A stretch of 32,000 nucleotides of DNA from Telmatocola sphagniphila (GCF_018398935.1 NZ_CP074694.1:2130001-2162000); one strand, 5' to 3'; positions 9,716-17,989 are shown, counted from the first letter of the stretch. Program-made: numbers and translations. Notes: generated from the letters alone by a model not told the origin.

Positions 9716-9732
9716 CCTATGCATTGCATAGG
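9716..9732. repeat. 17-nt perfect palindrome cctatgca-t-tgcatagg
   Basis: The 8-nt arms are exact reverse complements. It sits exactly where the MFS homology ends. Confidence 0.9.
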
Positions 9733-10034
9733 TGGACTAGAACGGTTCCAGGCGCTGGCACCCCACGGTCAGCCGCTTCGCGGCATTCCATGCACCGCGA
9801 CGACTACACCGAATTGACGCCCGAACAACGACTGCAGCGAATTCCTTACTCACTTTCCCTAGGCCTGCTCCGCCTCGAACGACGAAAGGCCCTCACGCCC
9901 CCCTTCCACTCCTGCAGATTCCCGCTCAATTCCGCCAGATCGCCTTGAAGATGTTCCCCCAAAACTGCTCACTGACACTCGGCGGCGATGACGACAGTAG
10001 CGGGGATTTTGCTTTTACGACAAAAGAAATGATG

Positions 10035-10063
10035 TTGACTCTATGTCAGAACCGACATAAAAT
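10035..10063 (+). promoter_or_regulatory. sigma70-like promoter with embedded operator-like inverted repeat
   Basis: TTGACT (10035-10040), a 17-nt spacer, then TAAAAT (10058-10063). The spacer carries atgtc-agaacc-gacat (10043-10058). The toxin GTG lies at 10070. Confidence 0.5.
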
Positions 10064-10069
10064 ATAGTT

Positions 10070-10432
10070 GTGGACGGAGAAGACAAACCCCTTGTCTGGC
10101 TGCACGGTGAGATCAAAACGCCACCCTTCTCGGCGGAAGCCAGAAGTGAGGCTGGATTTATGTTGCGCCGTCTCCAAGGCGGAGAATCTTTGGAGATGCC
10201 CCACTCACGTCCAATGACATCTATTGGCTCAAACTGCCACGAGTTGCGAATAAAGGACGAGACGAAAAACTGGCGAATCTTCTACTATCTCGATGACGAT
10301 GCAATCGTTATCCTCGAAGTTCACACCAAGACGACCCAGAAAACGCCGGATTATGTAATCGAGACGTGTAGCAAGCGACTGGCCGCATACAAGCAAGCTA
10401 TCAAAGCCAAGAAGAAGGGAGACAAATCATGA
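10070..10432 (+). CDS. type II toxin, Gp49/HigB-like RelE/ParE superfamily
   Basis: 120 aa. The pattern KPLVWLHGEIKTPPFSAEARSEAGFMLRRLQGGESLEMPHSRPMTSIG…HELRIKDETKNWRIFYY…VILEVHTKTTQKTPDYVIETCSKRLAAYK matches the phage Gp49-like (DUF891) toxin pattern as I remember it. Its stop overlaps the next ATG (ATGA). Confidence 0.8.
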   Translation: MDGEDKPLVWLHGEIKTPPFSAEARSEAGFMLRRLQGGESLEMPHSRPMTSIGSNCHELRIKDETKNWRIFYYLDDDAIVILEVHTKTTQKTPDYVIETCSKRLAAYKQAIKAKKKGDKS

Positions 10433-10821
10433 ACGCAGCCAAGCGAGAAGCCCTGAAGAACGCCGGGTTTCGGGTCGGCACTGTTCAGGAATTTCTCGGC
10501 CTCGAAGACTGGGAAAACCAAATCGTTGAGCTGAAGTACCAGTTGACTAAGCATGCAAAGAGACTTCGTGAAGTGCTAGGCCTTACTCAACAATACGTTG
10601 CTCGAAAAATTAATTCCAGCCAGTCTCGCATTGCTAAAATTGAAGCTGGCTCGGAGGACGTTTCACTCGACCTGCTCATTAAGTACTTTTACGCGGTAGG
10701 AGGCAGGTTGGAAGAGCACGAAATAGAAACTACACCTCGACCAAAGAAGACGAGGGAGCATGCTTCATCAAAAACTGTGACTAGAGTCCCGTTTAGAAAG
10801 AAAGTAGTATCAGTTTCTTGA
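10429..10821 (+). CDS. XRE-family HTH antitoxin
   Basis: Contains an HTH, LGLTQQYVARKINSSQSRIAKIEAG, and is translationally coupled to the upstream toxin. The toxin-first gene order resembles higBA. Confidence 0.8.
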   Translation: MNAAKREALKNAGFRVGTVQEFLGLEDWENQIVELKYQLTKHAKRLREVLGLTQQYVARKINSSQSRIAKIEAGSEDVSLDLLIKYFYAVGGRLEEHEIETTPRPKKTREHASSKTVTRVPFRKKVVSVS

Positions 10822-10889
10822 CGTGTGAGTTTCGCCTCGGCAGGTTTGCCACTTAGGATCGCACGAGTTAACATTCAGATCAAGTGAGA

Positions 10890-11111
10890 CTATATCCCTA
10901 CCTTGAGCAACCGTGAGACGTAAATCACAAGAGCCAGAAACAGATATACGATGAGCCGGGCAGGATTGGGCGGCGAGAGCATCCAGACAGGATAAACCGC
11001 GACATACACGACGAGAGCAAGCGACAGCGAATTAACAGCGTCCAAACTATATCCTTCAGAGGTGAACTGCGGTTGCCTGTTACGCGAGTGACCTTGCTGC
11101 CAGAGCATCAA
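10890..11111 (-). CDS. small two-TM membrane protein (weak call)
   Basis: 73 aa with two hydrophobic segments (LSLALVVYVAVYPVWML and LIVYLFLALVIYV). Confidence 0.3.
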   Translation of the reverse strand: MMLWQQGHSRNRQPQFTSEGYSLDAVNSLSLALVVYVAVYPVWMLSPPNPARLIVYLFLALVIYVSRLLKVGI

Positions 11112-11132
11112 AAGTCAGTAACAAACGCCACC

Positions 11133-11585
11133 TTACGATCGGAACTGCAACCTTTCACCATAGCGTGATATAGTCATGACAGCCAGAGAGAAAGACTTGA
11201 TCCACACGCTATGCAACCAATTCATGTCGCGCCGCATCTGTTCATGAACGTTACGCAACTCCGCTGGAAATCCGGGTTTGATCCCCAGCGGGGACATTTC
11301 ATACGCCATAACACTGGTCCAAAAAGTAAGGGATAGAGATCAGTTTAATGGGATATTGCGAAGTGACGAAAAGTTCGCGCGAGAGAGTGTGGAGGTCTTC
11401 ATATCCTTGAGCTTCTTGTCTGCCTTCTCAATGATCTTCTCGTATTCGGCTTAGTTGAGATTCCTTTTGTTCAATTCTTCTTTGGCAGACATCCGAACCC
11501 GCTTGAAAAGCTCTGAATGGAATTTCAGGAACCCCATTCTGCCATATTCAATAGCACATTCAAATCCATTTTGGCCAGGAATCAT
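11133..11585 (-). pseudogene. decayed gene: one frame interrupted by TAA and TGA
   Basis: Manual translation of a single frame reads MIPGQNGFECAIEYGRMGFLKFHSELFKRVRMSAKEELNKRNLN*AEYEKIIEKADKKLKDMKTSTLSRANFSSLRNIPLN*SLSLTFWTSVMAYEMSPLGIKPGFPAELRNVHEQMRRDMNWLHSVWIKSF…RS*. All pieces are under 60 aa, so none appears in the ORF track. Confidence 0.3.
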
Positions 11586-11757
11586 ATCTGACTTGCAGGA
11601 GAAATCTTCGGTGGCTCTAATGATTCTTCAAAAAATTTCTCCACCCTCCCCCGGACACTTTCCCCTTCTACCGGGTAATTAACAGATAGCCTTATTTTCT
11701 GTTCCCGTCAGACGACCGATCGTGCGGCGAACGTCGCAGTAGATTGGCGTGACTTCA

Positions 11758-12423
11758 TTACGCCAGTCGCAGCCGCGAGGCGAGGGAACCATCTGTTGGC
11801 TGGTAGACACTTTCGCGAGGGGTTACAAGCACCGACACCCCACTCGAGGACAGCCGCTCCCGTTGTTCTGCCACGAAATCTGACACGTCCAACACCTCGA
11901 CCAACTCCCGCTGCGCAAACGTCTTCAGTACCTCATCGCGAAGCCCCAATTGGATTGCTCGCCTTTCCAGCTTGGCGCCGGATGGGTGGTGGTCCGGGTC
12001 CCATTGTAGCCTCACCGACGACTGGGTGACCGCTCGCGACCATTCGTCCGCAGTAGAGAATTGATCGCAGTCCCATGACGAGGGAACTGCCTGTGCCAAG
12101 AGCGAGTCAAAGAATGCACGTCGCAGCCGCAAGGCCAGCGTAACCTCTTGGTTCACTTTTGTGCCCCAACCGGAGCGGTACATCATCCACAGGAAGTTTG
12201 GCTTCACCCAACTCATCCGGGTGTAGCTAAATTCTCCACCGAACGTCCCGTGTTCGGCCACATACCGACCGATGGATGGACGATAAGCTTGGTAGACGAG
12301 GATAGTGTCGTCGTCGTACTGGGCGAGGATGTGGCGACCGACTTTGGGCCAATCTTTAGCCTGCTCCCAGTACGGCTGCGTAAGCAACGCCACGGTGTGC
12401 CCTCCCTCTTCTGTTTTGACCAA
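11758..12423 (-). CDS. DUF4291 domain protein
   Basis: 221 aa. The stretch ILAQYDDDTILVYQAYRPSIGRYVAEHGTFGGEFSYTRMSWVKPNFLWMMYRSGWGTKVNQEVTLAL matches my memory of the DUF4291 signature (…VYQAY…F…RM(S/T)W(I/V)KPSFLWMMYRSGW…). Confidence 0.8.
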   Translation of the reverse strand: MVKTEEGGHTVALLTQPYWEQAKDWPKVGRHILAQYDDDTILVYQAYRPSIGRYVAEHGTFGGEFSYTRMSWVKPNFLWMMYRSGWGTKVNQEVTLALRLRRAFFDSLLAQAVPSSWDCDQFSTADEWSRAVTQSSVRLQWDPDHHPSGAKLERRAIQLGLRDEVLKTFAQRELVEVLDVSDFVAEQRERLSSSGVSVLVTPRESVYQPTDGSLASRLRLA

Positions 12424-12429
12424 TATTTC

Positions 12430-12906
12430 TCACCTGAGTAGTTCCTGACGGAGCTGGTATTTGCCATTCTCGTTCACACCCAACACCGCAAATCCGAACG
12501 CCTCGGCCAGCGCGATCAGCGGGCCGACACCACCGTATGGATAGGCGTGGGGGTTGATCCGTAACTCGCCGAAACCGGGCTCGACCAGCACACAGTCCAG
12601 CACGTCATACTCACTCTCTTCGATCGCCTCGAAGACACGATAGAAGTCCCAATTCGCGCCGAGTTGCTCGAAGGGTTCAGGGATCGCGATGACTGTTGAG
12701 TTCCGGATGTCTAGCCAGTGTGCCCGCTCATCTGGGGTAGGCCAGGAAAACCGGGCCTTGACTTCATCGGGAACATGCTGCACCCACTCCACTGGGTCTC
12801 GGAAGTGACCGGAGTTCTTATCCCGCCTGAGTTCCACGTAAAGCGAGCAGAGTATCTCGAATCGATCGAGGTTGTTCACAGCGAAACGTACACCGAACGA
12901 TTCCAT
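12430..12906 (-). CDS. hypothetical protein, likely co-transcribed with the DUF4291 gene
   Basis: 158-aa clean ORF whose stop lies only 6 nt before the DUF4291 start. Composition is protein-like but no family is recognised. Confidence 0.7.
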   Translation of the reverse strand: MESFGVRFAVNNLDRFEILCSLYVELRRDKNSGHFRDPVEWVQHVPDEVKARFSWPTPDERAHWLDIRNSTVIAIPEPFEQLGANWDFYRVFEAIEESEYDVLDCVLVEPGFGELRINPHAYPYGGVGPLIALAEAFGFAVLGVNENGKYQLRQELLR

Positions 12907-13030
12907 ACCTGTTCACTTCCTCTGATGTATGCTCGGTTATCGAAACAATTTACACTTCGGGATCTGCTTGAAAGATCCGCACCAGATCATCGGTCAAATT
13001 GTTCGACCAAGGAGCTACAGTTTCCAATCA

Positions 13031-13672
13031 TCACTTGAGATCCGGTACGGTCCAAAATGAATAGGCTGCAGTAACCAATTCATCAAAAGGGGTTTCGGCT
13101 TCGAGAACGATGGATGGCAATAGCGATTTATTCACAAGCTCAAGTAGTCGTAACTGCTCTTCCACAAAATATCGGTGTATAGCCTCCAAGCTACCACCGT
13201 ATCGTCTACCGTAGTGACTGATGAACTTAGTGTCCTTTCTGCTGAGGATAGTTCGTTCCCAAATCGTTTCTTCTTTCGCCCTCAAGAACAGCAATCGGCA
13301 CCCCATCGCTTTCAGTGCTTGATCGACAGAACTCACATCCTCCCATTTAAGTAGACCTGGGCGAACGCAATGAGTGAGATGGAGTGTGTCAATGACACTG
13401 TAGAATTTCGCCATTTCCCCCGCCTCGGCAATGCTGGAAAACCAATTCAGTTGTTCGGTGATCTGTCGCAAGTGCTTGCGATTGTGATCCGCCGTTCGAT
13501 TCTCACTCTCCTCATCTGGCGACAATGGAAAATAAGAGTGACCTTGAGGCAGATGCAGGAAAGTGCGGATTGTAGTTGCCTCATGCACATACCGACGGAG
13601 CAATGCGTCAATGAGCCTGGATTTGCCGACACCAGCTACACCTTCGACCAGTACTATTTTTGACCTAATCAT
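13031..13672 (-). CDS. P-loop NTPase, nucleoside/nucleotide-kinase-like
   Basis: The N-terminal Walker A IVLVEGVAGVGKSRL resembles the EGxxxVGKS(T) motif of deoxynucleoside-kinase-type P-loops. The protein is 213 aa with a single domain. Confidence 0.75.
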   Translation of the reverse strand: MIRSKIVLVEGVAGVGKSRLIDALLRRYVHEATTIRTFLHLPQGHSYFPLSPDEESENRTADHNRKHLRQITEQLNWFSSIAEAGEMAKFYSVIDTLHLTHCVRPGLLKWEDVSSVDQALKAMGCRLLFLRAKEETIWERTILSRKDTKFISHYGRRYGGSLEAIHRYFVEEQLRLLELVNKSLLPSIVLEAETPFDELVTAAYSFWTVPDLK

Positions 13673-14147
13673 GTATCAATCCTGCACATTGAACTTCAAG
13701 ACCGATAATCGTTCTCGATGTTATTCCATGCGGAGGCGAGAACATTCTCTGAACGTTGCATCAGTGGTTTGTAAAGTGTGATTCGCGGCAGATAGCTTTG
13801 AACTGCTTCGGAGCGATTTGTCAAATTCGTAATCTGTTAACTGATTGAGGCAGCCGGGCGCACCGATGTCGGTGTCCTGGAGGACATGGAATTTAAACCC
13901 GTTTGAAAGAAAAACACCCCCAACAGACCGCGGAGGTGTCGGTGCTCTCCGTTCGACCGGCAAGAGTTTGCCACCGGAAGAGCAAAGGCCGTACACATTG
14001 CTTTGCCTAATTACGATACCGCAATGCGGACCTGGCATCGGCATGGTTATGTTCCCTTGATTAGCCCCCGATGCTGGGATTTTACAGCCCGAGGGCACAT
14101 TCAGTCAGTAATAATTCCTCACTCTCCTTAGATTGTTTTTCGTGGGA

Positions 14148-14157
14148 GGTCCGACAC
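14148..14157 (-). repeat. dispersed motif copy C (GGTCCGACAC on +)
   Basis: Exact 10-mer, 11 nt after the stop of the minus-strand TIGR02996 gene. Confidence 0.9.
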
Positions 14158-14167
14158 GGCTCCGCAC

Positions 14168-14782
14168 CTATCCCGCCCCCTGGGACGGCCACTCCAGCTT
14201 TGGAAGTCTCGCCAGCTCTCGTCCATAATCTACGCAGGCACGAGAGAGTTCTTCGAAGGCCTGAGATTCACTTTCATAAACTCTATGTTTTGGATAAGTT
14301 TCGATCTTCGGTTCCAACTTTTTCCAGAGCTCGAAGCGTAAGGTGTCTTGGCGTTCATAGGATCTAGAAATCAGCCAGCCGTAAACACCGTAAAACCCCT
14401 TCCAAACCTTCCTATCCGTCAGACTCACTCGCGTGATGGGGTTATTTTTGAAAAGCATTTCCGCATGCCTCATAAAGTCTGCACAAGTCATGTGGACTTC
14501 CTCCATAAGCCCGCGACGGCTTGAGTACTCGCCAACCATATACCCCATGCTGTAAGCTTGCAGATAGCTCCGCCATTCAATCGACGAATCCGCGATCTGC
14601 CGACGTAACGTCTTGTATTGCTCGTCCTCCGGCTCGTTCTCTTCCAGCCAATCCGCGAAGATCAGTCGGAGACTATCGTCGAAGGGATGCTCACAGATGC
14701 GACGGATGAACGCGCCGCGGTCAATATCTAGCTTAGTTGGGGTCATGTTGCTAAATGTTAACACTTCAATTTGTCCGCTCAA
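14168..14782 (-). CDS. TIGR02996 repeat-companion domain protein
   Basis: FIRRICEHPFDDSLRLIFADWLEENEPEDEQ matches the Planctomycete TIGR02996 N-terminal motif (…P.DD..RL(V/I)(Y/F)ADWLEE.G…). The later SRRGLMEEVHMTCADF resembles the usual RRGFVE.V segment. Confidence 0.85.
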   Translation of the reverse strand: MSGQIEVLTFSNMTPTKLDIDRGAFIRRICEHPFDDSLRLIFADWLEENEPEDEQYKTLRRQIADSSIEWRSYLQAYSMGYMVGEYSSRRGLMEEVHMTCADFMRHAEMLFKNNPITRVSLTDRKVWKGFYGVYGWLISRSYERQDTLRFELWKKLEPKIETYPKHRVYESESQAFEELSRACVDYGRELARLPKLEWPSQGAG

Positions 14783-14842
14783 GAAAAATAATAAGGCCTT
14801 ATTTCAATGAAGAGTACTTTTTCGAGGGGCACAACCTTACGC

Positions 14843-14852
14843 GGTCCGACAC
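14843..14852 (-). repeat. dispersed motif copy D (GGTCCGACAC on +)
   Basis: Exact 10-mer, 61 nt upstream of the start of the minus-strand TIGR02996 gene. On the sense strand it is followed by GCGTAAGGTTG. Confidence 0.9.
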
Positions 14853-15045
14853 ACTTAGTTAGTTTACCATGGATACCACTGCATCCGACAAAAACGATCG
14901 CTCCTTCCCTGCTTATTCTGCTCCCGTACCTCGATTTCTTCTCTCCCTCGGGTCTTCTCCAGCCCAAGAACTCTCGCACCTGTCCACAGGACGACTCCGA
15001 CCGCGAAGATCAGATCCTCTTTACGTCACGCACGCCAGGAATCGC

Positions 15046-15907
15046 GTAGCCGTCCAAAGTATGGGCGTGCGGGGGCGGTCCGATCAATTTCTGTCGGAAA
15101 GTCGAATCTCGTCTGATTGTCTTTTTAAACGATTCCTAGTGGCTGCGTTTCTTTAGGAAAGAGTTGATCGAGTAGCGGGCTTTCCGCTTTGGGAATCTTC
15201 AACTTCTCTAAAAGCTGGGCGAAACAACTTTGCCCCACTTGGGCCCACCGGTTAATCTCTTCAATCGTCTTCTGCAAAGTGTACTTCGACAGATACAACC
15301 GCAGCGATTCCAGAACGCTCTTGAGCACCGTTTGCCGCCGAGCTCCGATCGGAGTCTTATTCGTGCGACCCGTTTTTCGAGCCTCCGCGGGAAAACGCAA
15401 CGTCCGCTCCGCTTCGTTATTCGTGCCGCCAATCGATTTCATCTCGCCATTGGGTTGCTGCACGGGCGAGGCCGTCACGAATTCGAACAGTTGCTCCGCC
15501 AACACCAGACGCATGACCTCTTCGTTCAGCAACCGGTAGGCGTCTTCCAGACCCGTCGTCTTCGACAGTTCGGCTTCGCATATCGGTTGGCACAAGGCAA
15601 CCACCCGAGCTTCCAACGCCGCTACCGCTTTCTTTTTCTGCTGGGCGTTTAACCTTCGATCGCTTTGAACCTCGCAGGCTTCCTTATAGATCGCCCGCAA
15701 CTCATCGGTGAAGTGGCGATAGGCCGCGTTCGTCGGATCTTGCAAAGTCAGCTTGATCCCCTTGCGAATCAGATGAGACCAACACTTCTGCGAATTGCTG
15801 AACTGCGCGTAAACGGCCGCGTTGTCGCTGAGGACCAGACCCGAAAATACCGCCGGATCCAGGATTTTCTGCAACGTTTCGGCATCCTTGTGCACTCCGT
15901 AAAGCAC
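15046..15907 (-). mobile_element. IS66-family element, right part only (copy B), cut by insertion of copy A
   Basis: The + strand at 15046 reads GTAGCCGT, identical to the first 8 nt of the copy C terminus. The element contains a 3'-truncated-in-context tnpC and ends abruptly at 15907/15908, where the copy A terminus starts. Confidence 0.6.
15125..15907 (-). pseudogene. tnpC: IS66-family transposase TnpC, C-terminal ~260 aa only
   Basis: SGLVLSDNAAVYAQFSNSQKCWSHLIRK parallels the DGY.GY…CWAH.RR core of IS66 transposases. It continues …GGTNNEAERTLR (the NN.AER motif). The expected N-terminal half is absent. Confidence 0.8.
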
Positions 15908-15980
15908 GTATCCGGCTGGTGAACTCCCTTCTTGTCGGATGAGTTATCCTGATAGTTTTTAACCTTCAGGAGTCGGAGTC

Positions 15981-16328
15981 ATGTCGAAGCGTCGTGTTCG
16001 AGATCCCCAGCGGGAAGCGTTTTGGAAGAAGACGATTTTGGATCAGCGTTCCAGCAACGAATCCATTCGAGCCTTCTGTCAACGGCTTCGAATCAGCGAG
16101 GCGGCCTACTATTACTGGCAACGGGAACTCAAGCGTCGGGAGGCTGAAGCTTCTCCCGGGTTCGTTCCGATCACGGTAGTTCCCGCCGCTTCCGATTCAA
16201 CAAAGCCGTCCCTGCCAACGATCGAAGTTCGCTGTCCGTCGGGGCATGTTGTGACTGTTCACAGTGTCGAAGAATCGACTTTCCGAGCCCTCTTCGGCGC
16301 GTTGTCCGCTCAGGAGGTCTCATGCTGA
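15981..16328 (+). CDS. tnpA: IS66 accessory protein TnpA (Orf1)
   Basis: 115 aa. …REAFWKKTILDQRSSNESIRAFCQRLRISEAAYYYWQRELKRR is the typical HTH-like IS66 Orf1 N-terminus. The gene overlaps tnpB by 7 nt. Confidence 0.85.
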   Translation: MSKRRVRDPQREAFWKKTILDQRSSNESIRAFCQRLRISEAAYYYWQRELKRREAEASPGFVPITVVPAASDSTKPSLPTIEVRCPSGHVVTVHSVEESTFRALFGALSAQEVSC

Positions 16329-16681
16329 ACTACACTTCGGCGAAGATTCTTCTGTGCGTGACGCCCACCGACATGCGGAAGAGCTTCGACGGTCTGGCGG
16401 CCCTGGCCCGCGAGCACCTTCAAAGCGATCCGCTCTCGGGTACCTGGTTCGTCTTTCGCAACAAAAGAGCGGACAAGTTGAAGCTGCTCTACTGGGACAA
16501 AGACGGTTATGCCATCTGGCAAAAGCGTTTGGAAGCCGGGCGCTTCGAGATGCCCAAGATCCCCGTGGATGCGGCCGGTGTATCGATCTCCTCGAGCGAT
16601 CTGGCTTTGATTCTGGGCGGTATCGACCTCTCTTCGGCCCGGCGTCGCAAACGCTTTGAACTCGAACGTCAGGCCGGCTGA
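16322..16681 (+). CDS. tnpB: IS66 accessory protein TnpB (Orf2)
   Basis: 119 aa. ILLCVTPTDMRKSFDGLAALAREHLQSDPLSGTWFVFRNKRADKLKLLYWDKDGYAIWQKRLEAGRF is the canonical IS66 Orf2 pattern. Confidence 0.9.
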   Translation: MLNYTSAKILLCVTPTDMRKSFDGLAALAREHLQSDPLSGTWFVFRNKRADKLKLLYWDKDGYAIWQKRLEAGRFEMPKIPVDAAGVSISSSDLALILGGIDLSSARRRKRFELERQAG

Positions 16682-16699
16682 AAATCTTTTCGGCAGATC

Positions 16700-16810
16700 G
16701 CATTATTTTTTCGAAGCGTTGAAACTTTTTGGGTTGCCGATCCGAGGATCCTTCGCTTGATTCAGAAATGGCTCAAGGCTGGGGTATCCGAAGACGGTTG
16801 CTGGGCGGAG
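16700..16810 (+). pseudogene. reverse transcriptase relic (group II intron/retron-type RT, domain 2a-3 region)
   Basis: Manual translation gives …ALFFRSVETFWVADPRILRLIQKWLKAGVSEDGCWAETLS. The core (D/N).R(I/V)L.LI.KWLKAGV.E.G is the well-known RT motif that precedes GTPQGG. That next motif is missing, and the frame ends in AT-rich non-coding DNA. Confidence 0.6.
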
Positions 16811-17569
16811 ACCCTCAGCGCGCTGCATCTATTCTCCATAAATCTAGAGATAACAAATTCGAAACAACGAAGCGCGATCTTCTGGTTAAATAGTCACTTT
16901 CTATTGCCTTTCATGTCAGAATAAATCGCGATTAAGCTGTAACCGCACATCAGACACAGTCTCACAGAAGCCTATTTTGAGGTTGTGAGGGACGATTCGT
17001 TCGTGATTTTTCAGATTTAGAATTGACACTCGTAACGGCAAGTATTGACGTCTCGAGAATTTGTGAGTAAGAGCTTTGCCGATTCGAAGAAGTTCTGAAT
17101 TGAAATGCGATTTTGTCGTTACTTGGATTGAGCCGCCTTTCTATTCAGACAAATTGACCTGGCAATCCAAAGATAAGGGCGACCCGGATCTTCCAGCGAC
17201 CGCCCAGCTTTATACCAGCGTTTAATGCGCCTGGGAGCTTTTGGCAACGAGAGTTCCAAAGTTGATCTCTATACCTATGCGCGGATTGCATATCGAGATT
17301 TCGAAATTCGGCCAAGGTCTTCGCGCACCGGCCATACCAAATCGCCGACGCGTACAGTTCTCAAGCTATGAGCACCGCCGTTTGCCTAAATCATTCAGCA
17401 ATCGCGCTCCCGGCCTTCGCGACATCCGCACGGGAGCGAGGAGCAGGTTGCAAGTCGAGGATGCCGCCGATTTAAAGGTCAATGAAAATGAGCACTATGG
17501 TAGTGGTGTCGAGTTGAATCATCTGCAATTACTAACGAATTTGGTGTCCCTTGTCGCAGTCCTATTGAT

Positions 17570-17884
17570 TTACAGACCGCCGTAAAAGCGTCCAAAAATG
17601 TGCGCACTCATCAAAGCCATCGCCAGACTGCCAGATCCCGCGACCAGTATATGACTCCAACAACGAACCCCGAAGTTTCCCAACCGTGCAAGTAACAAAT
17701 AGGCGAATATGAAGTTCGCGGAACCCCACAAGACGTTGACCCACGCGGGCGATAATCCTTCGCCTGGTGGGGTCGCGAAGGGGCTCTGAAACGGGTGCCC
17801 CATGACACCGCTTACGAAATGAGGAATCGCGTTGACCAGAAACGCACCACCAAGAAAGTAACCGAGATATTGATACCAGCACAC
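17570..17884 (-). CDS. small integral membrane protein, divergent from the TetR gene
   Basis: 104 aa with three hydrophobic helices. It is divergently arranged, within roughly 80-105 bp of the TetR regulator depending on which TetR start is used. Confidence 0.6.
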   Translation of the reverse strand: MCWYQYLGYFLGGAFLVNAIPHFVSGVMGHPFQSPFATPPGEGLSPAWVNVLWGSANFIFAYLLLARLGNFGVRCWSHILVAGSGSLAMALMSAHIFGRFYGGL

Positions 17885-17989
17885 GCCTAAATCCTTTCTA
17901 ATCGGGTCGGGGTCACGTCAATCTTTATTGACTACCCTGCGATTGCTCATTACGATAGTTGAGGATTGGCTCAACTATATGGATTGTTG

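Larger units (their letters stand above)
15908..16699 (+). mobile_element. IS66-family element, left part only (copy A: terminus, tnpA, tnpB; tnpC missing)
   Basis: The terminus GTATCCGGCTGGTGAACTCCCTTCTTGTC… matches the copy C terminus at 39/50 positions. tnpA and tnpB follow. No tnpC follows the tnpB stop. Confidence 0.7.

Noticed and set aside
9724-9948. 74-aa + strand ORF in the GC-rich spacer upstream of the TA module
   Set aside because: Arg/Pro/Ser-rich with no motif. The alternative frames on both strands are equally unconvincing.
11455-11682. 75-aa + strand ORF
   Set aside because: The opposite strand carries a more protein-like, though interrupted, frame. This ORF is likely its antisense shadow.
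13721-14098. 125-aa minus-strand ORF between the P-loop and TIGR02996 genes
   Set aside because: Mixed low-complexity composition (Gly/Pro/Ser) and no motif. Motif copy C lies just beyond its 5' end and + strand ORFs compete with it. Left uncalled.
16811-17585. Looked for the missing IS66 tnpC, the rest of the RT, or group II intron RNA domains (such as a domain V-like hairpin); also ORF 17241..17585
   Set aside because: No leucine-zipper or CWAH motifs appear in any frame I translated. There are no YADD or GTPQGG RT motifs and no domain-V-like sequence. The 114-aa ORF is Arg-rich and unconvincing.
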